Under the pieces are notes generated by a model, which was not told where the DNA came from, made no database searches, and saw only the letters and a program-made list of their open reading frames with translations. Shown one piece after another: positions 25,323 through 38,809 of a stretch of DNA of 64,000 bases (position 1 is the first letter of the stretch; each line of letters starts with the position of its first letter). The stretch spans positions 102,512,288 through 102,576,287 of the forward strand of contig OZ024746.1 in assembly GCA_964016885.1 (NCBI GenBank). Reading direction: 5' to 3'. Origin of the DNA: Eledone cirrhosa (Eukaryota). The position numbers and the translations under genes were made by a program.

Positions 25323-25599
25323 GTGGAGGGTATATAATACAGTCGATTTGGGATCGAGGGATATGTGTTGATGATGATTGTGGTTGTGTGTGCGTGCGAC
25401 AGTACAGTTACAGGATCGAATTTAACGTGGGGTTGCAAGTTAGGGTAGATAGAGGGAACATGGGGGGATGAGGATGTAGGCGTGTATGGTATGCACATGA
25501 CGATGTGTGGTGTGGTGGTGGAGATGGTGTGATATGATCGACATTGTATTTACAAGGTCTCTTGTCATTGTGGATTGCAAGGTAGAACGTATCATATGG

Positions 25600-26369
25600 T
25601 ATATATATATATATATAAAACTAAGGATGTCTGTATGAGTTTGAATCCCTAAACCTCGAGAAGCACCCAACCGACTGTTTTCAAACTTTACACCCGCGCC
25701 CTTATAATATGTCTGTATGTCTAGCTGTCTGCATCGCACTCGGCGCGTCAATGTATGCCTGTTAAATGGGCCGCAAACGCATTGATTCATTGTAAAGGCT
25801 ACCAGTGGAAGCAACCGTAACACCCTCCAAATGTGAGAGAACGCAGTGAAAGTCACTATTAAGAGAACGTTCACATGGCCCTTTTTATGGCCACCACTTG
25901 AAATTGTTGATTGTTACCCGTAGTTACTGGAGTGTCAGTGAACGGCTTACAAATCCATTATAAGGGCCCTTGAAATAACTGATGGCGACCCTTTGGTTTG
26001 GGGCGGCGAGTGAACACGCACACGCCTCAAGGCCCATTTTATTGCACCACTCCTCTGTAAAATTGTTAAATTATACCCACTGTTTGGTAAACGTTTGTGA
26101 AGGTGCGGTGGACTGGTTCGAGAAGGCTCCATATGCTGTCCGATTGCACGTCATGCCTTGCTCAAGCATTGCAGACTTCCCTCTGACTCCTGTCACTTTA
26201 TTAAAGTACAAAAGCACTCAGCCGATTTTCTTCACGTGGAAGGAAAAGCATACCTAATACTAATTGCATCAGAGCATTCGGTTTATTTTCTTTACATGTC
26301 CAGGCATGCAGTTTTTCCACGATTAGGTAAAAATAACTTATCCCGTGCAACGCCGGGTACCACTGCTAG
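25600..26369 (+). mobile_element. Non-autonomous Helitron
   Basis: 5' (ta)n-aaactaaggatgtc...cccaaccgactgttttcaaactttacac is shared with 56853 onward; 3' cccgtgcaacgccggg hairpin then CTAG|T. Confidence 0.85.
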
Positions 26370-26474
26370 TATTATATATATATATATGCATATTGTTTTA
26401 CTCTTTTACTTGTCCCAGCCATTTTGCTGAGGTCATGCTGGGGTACCGCCTTTAATATATTTTTCTATATATCT

Positions 26475-26506
<32 letters not shown>

Positions 26507-26760
26507 CAATAAAAACGTATCCATGAAAGGCAAATCTTATCGGTTGGAAAACAAAATAAACTTTTGTATTTTATTTGATGAAAGTGCACCAAGCTTGTCT
26601 TGGTTGGCCTTGAAATATATATAATAAAATAAATATGGTTTTATAAATAGTTTCCATTTATTTAATATCACGAAATATTTACTCCAGTAAATTGTTGAGT
26701 GCTCTAAATCAGTTATAAACATTTGTTTGTCGGACTTCCAACAAATTAAATACAACTTCT

Positions 26761-26836
<76 letters not shown>

Positions 26837-26926
26837 CGGAGTTGTGTTAAGGAACCAGATGGACCATAATGCACCAGAGATAGCCGTCGAAACGGCTTGA
26901 GCTCTGCCGTCGGGGTCATACATCTT

Positions 26927-26983
<57 letters not shown>

Positions 26984-27156
26984 CACGTTGTTCTGATAAA
27001 ACTATTAAATTTCTTCATAGAATAATAAATTTTGTTTTATTATTTGTTGCTATTGTTCGGTTGTTGTTGTTGTTGTTGTTACACACACACACTCAGACTT
27101 TGCTCATCTTTTGGCGGCAAAAAATAGCGGCAAAACAACATACATACATACATAGA

Positions 27157-27197
<41 letters not shown>

Positions 27198-27273
27198 GTG
27201 AGTATGTGTGAGTTACCCGCCACTTTCTTTTCCTTATAAATACAAGCCCCGTTTTTCATATCTTTCATTTCAG

Positions 27274-27403
27274 CCACAGATTTGAAAGATGACTTCAGGT
27301 TATTCTCATGGTATGCTTTAAGCCCTTTTTAGGGCTGCTCAGAGATACGCCGAAAACACAGCGTCCATGTTCACTCCTGGGACTGAGAAGAAAAGTCCCA
27401 CAG
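27274..27403 (+). other. Candidate exon or first coding exon
   Basis: TATAAATA at 27235, acceptor-like tctttcatttcag ending 27273, ATG at 27308 open for 32 codons (MVCFKPFLGLLRDTPKTQRPCSLLGLRRKVPQ) up to CAG|GTCAGT, then an abrupt AT-rich intron-like stretch. No homology recognised. Confidence 0.3.
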
Positions 27404-28390
27404 GTCAGTCAGATTTATATTTAATTTATTTAAAAAAAAAAAATAATTTCAATTTAATTTATATTTCTTAAAAAAAAAAAGAATTCAATTTAACTTATTT
27501 CTTTAAAAAAAAAGTTCAATTTCATTTAAAAAAAATTCAATTCAATTAATTTCTTTTAAAAAAAAAGCTTTTATAGTTATGTTTTTGTATTTTAATCGGG
27601 GTAACATTTTCGATTTAATTAATTTCATCATATTGTTGTATATATACACACACACATATATATACAATTGTTATATATATATATATATATATATATAAGG
27701 TTGCAGTTATTCGAATACCTTGGAGTATTCGTTTTTATTTCTATGCTCTCTGAAATCCTGCCAAGGTCAACTTTGCCTTTCTTCCTTGTGTTGGAAGTGG
27801 ATAAAAAAAAGTACCAGTGAAATGCTGGGGTGAATTCTTCCTATCTATAGTTTTCTCGCAATTATCTTTTTCTGAATAAAAGTACCAGTCAAATACTGGG
27901 TTCCTCTCTTCTCTGCTTTTTCTCTGTCTATCTTTCTGGAAGAATTTTCTATTTTTAGAACTGGAGGAGTTGGTATTTGCTAGTGATTAAGGGAGAAAAT
28001 GAAAGATATATATGTATATATATGTATATGTGTGTTGATGAGATTATGTAGGGGGGGGAAAAATCTGGAAAAATCTGTTGAATTCACATGGTTGGTATTG
28101 TCTCTGTTCTCTGTTTTCAAAAGACTTATAAAAGCTGACTCAGTATTGTTTATCCAATAAAGTAGCAGTAATACGTTATAGTTAGATTAACGTTAATTTT
28201 GTTCACTTGTAATTTAGAGAATATAAAATATAAAATGCACCATTAGAATATATAACTTATTTTTATTCCAGATTCTCCTAAAAATTTGTCCCTGTTCAAT
28301 TCCTTCTCTGCCACAAACCTCTCATTTTTGGATAGAATTTTTTTATTTATTTTTTTACGTTAGGTTAAACCAGCCAACCAATTTTTTTAA

Positions 28391-28394
<4 letters not shown>

Positions 28395-28432
<38 letters not shown>

Positions 28433-28561
28433 GCTTATGACATGTGTGTGTATATATATATTTATTTATATGTATATATATATATATATATATATTTATA
28501 ATTTATAATTTATATATATATAATTTATATATATATATAATTTATATATATATATATAATT

Positions 28562-28599
<38 letters not shown>

Positions 28600-28627
28600 T
28601 ATATATATATTTATATATATATATATT

Positions 28628-28660
<33 letters not shown>

Positions 28661-28810
28661 TTATATATATGTGTGTGTATGTATGTCTGTATGTACGTGT
28701 GTGTACATGAATATATATTTATATATTTTTATATATATGTGTGTTTTTATGTGTGTATATGTGTTTGTGTGTGTGTTTATGGTTGCGCGTAAGTGTGTGA
28801 GTGAGTATGT
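28395..28810. repeat. (TA)n/(TG)n microsatellite tract
   Basis: Directly visible. Confidence 0.95.
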
Positions 28811-29290
28811 GTTTTTTTGTTTTTTTGTGAATGTGTCTGTTGATTTTTGGCATATAGTTGATTAGTTTAAGAGAAGTTCGAAGATAATAGTAAGATATGC
28901 ACTCAGTATTTTGAATCTGTCTGCAGAATTCTCTAGACCTTTGTCACTTAGAACCTTAATGACTTTAGCTTTTAAAGAATCTCCCCTTTTCTTTAATTCT
29001 ATCGACTATGACTGACCCCCCACTGATTTTATAGACATCTGTTAGCTTAAGAGAAACTTATTGACAAGGAATGTTAGGCCATCCGGAACATGTTTATAGA
29101 ATTCTGTCTGCCCTTGTTACTCTAAAAACATAATAAATAAAAATAAAAATAAAAATGAACTATAGCTTTGTAGAATTAGCTTTTAATGAATTCCCTTTTC
29201 TATCAACCAACGACCTGCACCCATCCCACTCCCCACCCTCTCCTACCACTTGTAGAGACCTATAAATACCATATTTATTTTTTGATACCC

Positions 29291-29341
29291 AGATTCCTGA
29301 TGATTTCAAATGAATGAAACAGTTCTAGTCCTGTAGAATCT
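29291..29341 (+). ncRNA. Minimal type I hammerhead ribozyme
   Basis: Stem I agattc/gaatct (6 Watson-Crick bp); CTGATGA; stem II t-ttc aaat gaa-t; GAAA; stem III cag/ctg; GUA site with cleavage after 29335. Confidence 0.85.
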
Positions 29342-29421
29342 CATCTATATTAAAACTTATACTCTGCTATGTATTGAGTACCTTACTTACTGTGGTTACC
29401 TCCGATTCAACCCGGAATAAC

Positions 29422-30132
<711 letters not shown>

Positions 30133-30738
30133 GAAAAGGTGAATATAAAATGAAAGTGCTTTTTTTTTAAAAAAAAGGAATTTATTAGGTATCGACATGT
30201 TTCTGTAACAGACGAAATACCTATGTATCGCTGCTTGCGTAATCATATAATGTTAGCAAGTATTCGATAGCAAATGTATAATCAGTTGTCACTTCAGAGA
30301 TTTTGGATAAATTTGAAAAAATCAGAAAAATTGAAGTATTTATATTAGTTGTAATAGAGGAAGAGAAGTATATGACAGATGGTAATTCAATTTACTGCTA
30401 AACAAGTATATAAATGGTTTTTAATGAGAATACATGAGTAAATGGTTTATTTTATCTAAATAAGAATTTTTGGGAGTGCCTATTTTAATCTATACTTGAC
30501 CAATTGAACAATGGACAGGGCTGGTTATTTGGTGTAGTAGTATTAATTATAAAGTGTCGATTAAGGAAGGGGGAGATTTCGACTGCTACTGAATAACTTC
30601 CAATGCTAGTAGTCAGCTGGTATATGCATTAGGGAATTGAATTAAGAAATCTCATTTTATCTATAACAGTTTATATTAAATGATAACCTGAAATTTTTAT
30701 ATTTATATTTATATATATATATATTTATTTATTTATAT

Positions 30739-30885
30739 ATATATATTAAAATAACCGATTAAAGTTTAAGCAAAGAATCGCTGCTTTCACCCTTAACGGG
30801 ATCTTCTGAAATTCATTTAAGATCCCGTTAAGGTTGAAAGCAGCGATTCTTTGCTTAAACTTTAATCTGTTATTTTAATATATAT
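30739..30885. repeat. Near-perfect inverted repeat made of two copies of the 18308 hammerhead-like element
   Basis: attaaaataaccgattaaagtttaagcaaagaatcgctgctttcacccttaacgggatctt, 13-nt spacer, then its reverse complement with 2 visible mismatches. Confidence 0.95.
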
Positions 30886-30974
30886 TTGCTGTACGGTTCT
30901 TATATATTTGATATATATTTATCCATATCGAGCCCTTTTTTAATTTTAGTTTTCAAATTTATTATTATTACTAT

Positions 30975-33900
30975 ATATTATGTGTGTGTGTATATTATGT
31001 GTGTATGTATTCTGTGTGTATTATGTGTCTGTATTAGGTGTCTGTATTTGTGCGTATTATCTGTGTGTATTTGTGTATTATCTGTATTATATGTGTGTAT
31101 TATATGTGTATATGTGTGTATTATGTGTGTTGGTGGATTGGCAGTATCGGTAGAGGGTCGGACGCCATGCTTTGACGCATAGAGTTACGGCCCTTGCTAT
31201 TCTGGGTTCAAATCCCGCCGAGGTTAACTTTGCCTTTCATCCTTACGGGGTTGATAAAATAAAGTACCAGTAATGCACTGGGATAATTGCTGGCCTTGTG
31301 CCAAAAGTAGAAACAATTGTGTGTATTATATGTGTGTATTATGTGTGTATTATCTGTGCGTATTTTCTGTGCGTATTATCTGTATTATATGTGTATTATG
31401 TGTGTATTATCTGTGTATTATGTGTGTATTATCTGTGTATTATATGTGTGTATATGTGTGTATTATCTGTGTATTATCTGTGCGTATTATCTGTGCGTAT
31501 TATCTGTATTATATGTGTGTATTATCTGTATTATATGTGTATTATGTGTGTATTATATGTGTGTATTATCTGTGTATTATGTGTGTATTATCTGTGTATT
31601 ATATGTGTGTATATGTGTGTATTATCTGTGCGTATTATCTGTATTATATGTGTGTATTATCTGTATTATATGTGTGTATTATGTGTGTATTATATGTGTG
31701 TATTATCTGTGTATTATGTGTGTATTATCTGTGTATTATATGTGTGTATATGTGTGTATTATCTGTGCGTATTATCTGTATTATATGTGTGTATTATCTG
31801 TATTATATGTGTGTATTATGTGTGTATTATATGTGTGTATTATCTGTGTATTATGTGTGTATTATCTGTGTATTATGTGTGTATTATCTGTGTATTATAT
31901 GTGTATTATCTGTGCGTATTATCTGTATTATATGTGTGTATTATCTGTATTATATGTGTGTATTATATGTGTGTATTATCTGTGTATTATGTGTGTATTA
32001 TCTGTGTATTATATGTGTGTATATGTGTGTATTTGTGCGTATTATCTGTATTATATGTGTGTATTATCTGTATTATATGTGTATTATGTGTGTATTATAT
32101 GTGTGTATTATCTGTGTATTATGTGTGTATTATCTGTGTATTATATGTGTGTATATGTGTGTATTATCTGTGCGTATTATCTGTATTATATGTGTGTATT
32201 ATCTGTATTATATGTGTGTATTATGTGTGTATTATATGTGTGTATTATCTGTGTATTATGTGTGTATTATCTGTGTATTATATGTGTGTATATGTGTGTA
32301 TTATCTGTGCGTATTATCTGTATTATATGTGTGTATTATCTGTATTATATGTGTGTATTATGTGTGTATTATGTGTGTATTATCTGTGTATTATGTGTGT
32401 ATTATCTGTGTATTATGTGTGTATTATATGTGTATATGTGTGTATTATATGTGTGTATTATCTGTGCGTATTATCTGTATTATATGTGTGTATTATGTGT
32501 GTATTATGTGTGTATTATGTGTGTATTATATGTGTGTATATGTGTGTATTATCTGTGTGTATTATCTGTATTATATGTGTGTATTATGTGTGTATTATAT
32601 GTGTGTATTATCTGTGTATTATGTGTGTATTATCTGTGTATTATATGTGTGTATATGTGTGTATTATCTGTGCGTATTATCTGTATTATATGTGTGTATT
32701 ATCTGTATTATATGTGTGTATTATATGTGTGTATTATCTGTGTATTATGTGTGTATTATCTGTGTATTATATGTGTGTATATGTGTGTATTATCTGTGCG
32801 TATTATCTGTATTATATGTGTGTATTATGTGTGTATTATGTGTGTATTATCTGTGTATTATGTGTGTATTATCTGTGTATTATATGTGTGTATATGTGTG
32901 TATTATATGTGTGTATTATCTGTGCGTATTATCTGTATTATATGTGTGTATTATCTGTATTATATGTGTGTATTATATCTGTGTAATATGTGTGTATTAT
33001 CTGTGTATTATATGTGTGTATATGTGTGTATTATCTGTGCGTATTATCTGTATTATATGTGTGTATTATGTGTGTATTATGTGTGTATTATCTGTATTAT
33101 GTGTGTATTATCTGTGTATTTTATGTGTGTATATGTGTGTATTATCTGTGTGTATTATCTGTGCGTATTATCTGTATTATGTGTGTATTATCTGTATTAT
33201 ATGTGTGTATTATATGTGTGTATTATCTGTGTATTATGTGTGTATTATCTGTGTATTATATGTGTGTATATGTGTGTATTTGTGCGTATTATCTGTATTA
33301 TATGTGTGTATTATGTGTGTATTATGTGTGTATTATCTGTGTATTATGTGTGTATTATCTGTGTATTATGTGTGTATTATATGTGTGTATATGTGTGTAT
33401 TATATGTGTGTATTATCTGTGCGTATTATCTGTATTATATGTGTGTATTATGTGTGTATTATGTGTGTATTATGTGTGTATTATATGTGTGTATATGTGT
33501 GTATTATCTGTGTGTATTATCTGTATTATATGTGTGTATTATGTGTGTATTATATGTGTGTATTATCTGTGTATTATGTGTGTATTATCTGTGTATTATA
33601 TGTGTGTATATGTGTGTATTATCTGTGCGTATTATCTGTATTATATGTGTGTATTATCTGTATTATATGTGTGTATTATGTGTGTATTATATGTGTGTAT
33701 TATCTGTGTATTATGTGTGTATTATCTGTGTATTATATGTGTGTATATGTGTGTATTATCTGTGCGTATTATCTGTATTATATGTGTGTATTATGTGTGT
33801 ATTATGTGTGTATTATCTGTGTATTATGTGTGTATTATCTGTGTATTATATGTGTGTATATGTGTGTATTATATGTGTGTATTATCTGTGCGTATTATCT

Positions 33901-36010
33901 GTATTATATGTGTGTATTATCTGTATTATATGTGTGTATTATATCTGTGTAATATGTGTGTATTATCTGTGTATTATATGTGTGTATATGTGTGTATTAT
34001 CTGTGCGTATTATCTGTATTATATGTGTGTATTATGTGTGTATTATGTGTGTATTATCTGTGTATTATGTGTGTATTATCTGTGTATTTTATGTGTGTAT
34101 ATGTGTGTATTATTTGTGTGTATTATCTGTGCGTATTATCTGTATTATATGTGTGTATTATGTGTGTATTATGTGTGTATTATGTGTGTATTATATGTGT
34201 GTATATGTGTGTATTATCTGTGCGTATTATCTGTATTATATGTGTGTATTATCTGTATTATATGTGTGTATTATGTGTGTATTATCTGTGTATTATGTGT
34301 GTATTATCTGTGTATTATATGTGTGTATATGTGTGTATTATCTGTGTATTATGTGTGTATTATATGTGTGTATATGTGTTTATTATATGTGTATTATCTG
34401 TGCGTATTATCTGTATTATATGTGTGTATTATCTGTATTATATGTGTGTATTATCTGTATTATATGTGTGTATTATGTGTGTATTATATGTGTGTATTAT
34501 CTGTGTATTATGTGTGTATTATCTGTGTATTATATGTGTGTATATGTGTGTATTATCTGTGCGTATTATCTGTATTATATGTGTGTATTATGTGTGTATT
34601 ATGTGTGTATTATCTGTGTATTATGTGTGTATTATCTGTGTATTATATGTGTGTATATGTGTGTATTATATGTGTGTATTATCTGTGCGTATTATCTGTA
34701 TTATATGTGTGTATTATCTGTATTATATGTGTGTATTATGTGTGTATTATATGTGTATTATCTGTGTATTATGTGTGTATTATCTGTGTATTATATGTGT
34801 GTATATGTGTGTATTATATGTGTGTATTATCTGTGCGTATTATCTGTATTATATGTGTGTATTATCTGTATTATATGTGTGTATTATGTGTGTATTATGT
34901 GTGTATTATGTGTGTATTATCTGTGTATTATGTGTGTATTATCTGTGTATTATATGTGTGTATATGTGTGTATTATATGTGTGTATTATCTGTGCGTATT
35001 ATCTGTATTATATGTGTGTATTATCTGTATTATATGTGTGTATTATATGTGTGTATTATCTGTGTATTATGTGTGTATTATCTGTGTATTATATGTGTGT
35101 ATATGTGCGTATTATCTGTGCGTATTATCTGTATTATATGTGTGTATTATGTGTGTATTATGTGTGTATTATGTGTGTATTATATGTGTGTATATGTGTG
35201 TATTATCTGTGCGTATTATCTGTATTATATGTGTGTATTATCTGTATTATATGTGTGTATTATGTGTGTATTATATGTGTGTATTATCTGTGTATTATCT
35301 GTGTATTATATGTGTGTATATGTGTGTATTATATGTGTATTATCTGTGCGTATTATCTGTATTATATGTGTGTATTATCTGTATTATATGTGTGTATTAT
35401 GTGTGTATTATCTGTGTATTATATGTGTGTATATGTGTGTATTATCTGTGCGTATTATCTGTATTATATGTGTGTATTATCTGTATTATATGTGTGTATT
35501 ATATGTGTATTATGTGTGTATTATCTGTGTATTATATGTGTGTATATGTGTGTATTATCTGTGCGTATTATCTGTATTATATGTGTGTATTATGTGTGTA
35601 TTATGTGTGTATTATGTGTGTATTATCTGTGTATTATGTGTGTATTATCTGTGTATTATATGTGTGTATATGTGTGTATTATATGTGTGTATTATCTGTG
35701 CGTATTATCTGTATTATATGTGTGTATTATCTGTATTATATGTGTGTATTATATGTGTGTATTATGTGTGTATTATATGTGTGTATATGTGTGTATTATC
35801 TGTGCGTATTATCTGTATTATATGTGTGTATTATGTGTGTATTATATGTGTGTATTATCTGTGTATTATGTGTGTATTATCTGTGTATTATATGTGTGTA
35901 TATGTGTGTATTATCTGCGTATTATCTGTATTATATGTGTGTATTATGTGTGTATTATGTGTGTATTGTGTGTAGTATGTCTGTATTATGTGTCTGTATT
36001 ATGTGTGTAT
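30975..36010. repeat. Complex minisatellite of 9-13 bp GTATTAT-based variants with higher-order structure
   Basis: Units gtattatgtgt, gtattatctgt, gtattatatgtgt, gtattatctgtgc, gtattatct. A rare gtaatatg variant recurs 966 bp apart (stops at 32986 and 33952). Confidence 0.97.
31131..31318 (+). mobile_element. tRNA-type SINE inserted near the start of the minisatellite
   Basis: ttggcagtatcggtagagggtcggacgccatgc...gggttcaaatcccgccgagg...agtagaaacaatt. Confidence 0.9.
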
Positions 36011-36569
36011 TTGTAATAAATGTCTACTATATACACATGTATATATATATAATATATAAATACAATATAATATATATGTTGGTGTGTATCGGGTTTGTGT
36101 TTATATCACCGTAGAAATCTGTTTATGCAACATTCTAATTAGCAAAGGGAAATTACTGTAGTATATTTTAATAAAAATATTTTATTTTCCGTTTTAGCCA
36201 GAAATTTTGTTGTTTGATAAAACTGTCATTGAATTTATGCCTTGTCTGTTTCTGCTGAAGACTACTTTACTAATTAAGCTTAGGCTTAATTTATTATATC
36301 GGTTTTCATCGTAAAATTGAGACGGGTGTTTTTTCATGTCTATTTAATGCAGCACGTTAGTGATATAGTAAGTTTTAGTTTCTATTTGTTTGAATATCAT
36401 TTCGAAGCAGATACGACGGGGTTCATTAATTTCTAGATGAATTATTTGGGTTTAGTTTTAGTTTGTGGTTGTGTGTGTGTGTGTGTGGGGGGGGGTATAT
36501 ATAAAACTGAATAGCTATATATATTTATATCATCTTGTCAATATCTAACCTTTTTCCTCATAAATATAG

Positions 36570-37010
36570 ACAGAAATTACGGTATACAAGTAGGCACATG
36601 CATTAAAACTTAATATATGGTTATGTTACCAGGAAGCTGGAGAGTGAAAGTAATATAGTTACGGTTATCTTGAGGAAACGCTATATTTTTTTTTTTATAC
36701 GCTTTTGTAATATAAGAATAGGAAACGAAGACAAACTGATTGATGCAGACAAAATATATATTTATGGTAATTGTTCAGAATTAAGATCGTAGATGTGACC
36801 GATGTGAAGCAGCTGTAGAAAGTTGGCATGATGTGAAGAATGCAGTGGGTAGAAAAGACATCCCCGAGAATAAACATAGAAAGAGTAGTTGGTGATTGTT
36901 GCAGTGAAAATCAATGAAGTACAAGCATAACGGACAAGAGAGAAGAATGCAGGCCCAGCAGTTGGAGTTCGCTGCCAAGCAGATGCCAATATAATATGAA
37001 ATATTAGGGA
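36570..37010 (+). pseudogene. Decayed exon-like block encoding a Lys/Glu-rich peptide; paralogues near 39.8, 41.8, 44.9, 49.0, 50.9, 54.2 and 56.0 kb
   Basis: Branch point ctaac (36545), pyrimidine tract and tag acceptor at 36569. The 41.8-kb copy reads in one frame as IYKYTHGYVAKELSSDY...MLKLCRIKIENLTDVKEAVENLHDVMKNALVRKDIPENKQKE with scattered stops. Confidence 0.4.
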
Positions 37011-37379
37011 ATCGGATAATGTCGATTCCCTGTTTTATTGCAAAAGCGAATCCTTTAAAGTGCGAAACAATATAGTGTTTGTCGTTGATGTATTTATATC
37101 TATATTACTCTACATAAGCCCGCAAACAGGCCTTCAACAGTAAATATGTAATTGGCCTTTGTTTAAAAAGAAATTTTTTTTCTTAATATAATTGTTTATC
37201 TGCTGGATTGGTCATTGACCATTTTAGTAGGAGAGGGGATTTTGTTAGTGGTGTGTTACCTTCGCTGACTTAACTCTCTGAGAAAGAAAAGCAATTATAT
37301 TTTTCTTTGACTGTATTTAGCCACTGAAGAATGGGTGTAGCTCCTTGGAGCACTCCAACCAATAATTCGAAGAACCATC

Positions 37380-38800
37380 GGGTGTAATGACTTTGGCTTT
37401 AGTGTTCGTGTAGAGCAGTGATACTTTTGTATTCCACAAAAATCTTGATCAGGCAGTGACGATAGTCAGAATTATAGGCAATTTGCTTTAGCTCCCTCAA
37501 ATATCTTCCTCAGCATCAGGATGTGACCGTTGGTTGATCTTTATCTCTGAAGCTGTTCTGGTTGTTTGAGCTTTTTGTCCATGTAGGGCTGGATTCTCTT
37601 AAGAATCATCCTGTTGAGGTTCTTTGCCACAAGTGAGGTCTCCCTGTAGTTGTTGCTGTTAAAGAGATCTGCCTTCTTTGGCAGTGGCACGAAGTTACTG
37701 ATCGTCCACTGGTTCAGGGAAACTCGTTTCTCCAGTACCTTTTTACAGAACTGCAAGCTATGAAAATCACAACTCTACATGACCTGATGCCACTCGATTT
37801 TCTCCATGGGCCTTGCCCTCCTTTATCTTCTTTTTTTGCTCTCTGAAGCTCTCTGGCAAAGGGTCCTGTCTCAATATTCAGTTTTTGTAACAGCCACCTG
37901 ATCTGCCCAGTGTTCTTGGCTGTGGAGGGCATCTCATAGTTGTGTTCTAAAATGGTCCAGCCACTTCCTTTTTCCTATCCTCTGGATCTGTTTCCTTGAT
38001 CTGACCTTTCCTCCATGTGATCTCGTTGATCATCCAACTGTCAACCGTTCTCTTAACACTTTTAGTGCCTCCTCTCTGGCGTCAGTGTAAGCGGTACAGA
38101 GTGCTTCCCTCATCACCTCCACTGTGTCCATCCTCTCCATAGGATCAGCACAGAATTGGTCCTTGGCAGGCTGCACACACCTTTGGGTCTGCAGAACTGA
38201 CATGCTTCTTCTTCTTTCTCCTCAGCATCAGTGTCTCACTTGCTTCTGCTACTGCATTGTTCAAGTAGCCTTACCTCTTTGTCAAACTCTCTACAAAGAG
38301 CACTGAACCTGTTGCTCACTTCTCCTGTGAACCTCTTCTGTAGCTTATGTTCATTGAAAGTTCCCCAGTCATAGATTATACTGTTGGTGTAGCCTTGCTC
38401 TTTCTTAAGCTCACTCGGACCTCACTCATAACAAGCATGTGTCCACTGTCCCAGTGTACTGAAATAGTTGTATGGTTCTGTGTTGAGAACACTATTGCGC
38501 TGCTTTTTCCTCACCAGAAAGAAATCAATCTAGGTCTTGGTCCACATCTTTTCTGGATTCTTCCTTAACGTTAGGTTGGTTGCCATCAAGTTTGCATCCA
38601 GCATGGCGTCTGTCGGTAGTCTTCCATTTCGGTTGGTGTTAGGGAATTACCAGCGCGGATCTTCACTGCTCTCCTTACTCAGATGTGCATAGAAGTCCCT
38701 CAGAAGAATGATGTTTTGAGCTTGTGTGGTGTTGACAGCTCTACAGATCTCATGAAATTCCTCTGCATTCACATCACTGTCTCCCTTGGTAGAACTATAA
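37380..38800 (-). mobile_element. Decayed LINE (EN-linker-RT N-terminus), repeated in each array unit
   Basis: FVPLPKKADL.N.NNYR.TSLVAK.LNRMILKRIQP, the IPKKGD...NYRxISL motif of non-LTR RT; copies at about 42.7-43.9, 47.4-47.9 and 51.8-53.1 kb. Confidence 0.85.
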
Positions 38801-38809
38801 GCTGATATC

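Noticed and set aside
25877-25896. Histone 3' stem-loop look-alikes (ggccctttttatggccacca; also agccctttttagggct at 27321-27336)
   Set aside because: Stem mismatch or non-consensus base pair, and no histone coding sequence upstream.
30975-36010. CRISPR-like repeat-spacer array
   Set aside because: No unique spacers, no cas genes, and the context is eukaryotic.
31273-36114. ORFs of 1613, 1552, 686, 562 and 320 aa rich in Cys/Val/Tyr/Ile
   Set aside because: All three frames are open only because the minisatellite lacks TAA, TAG and TGA. Unit lengths are not multiples of 3.
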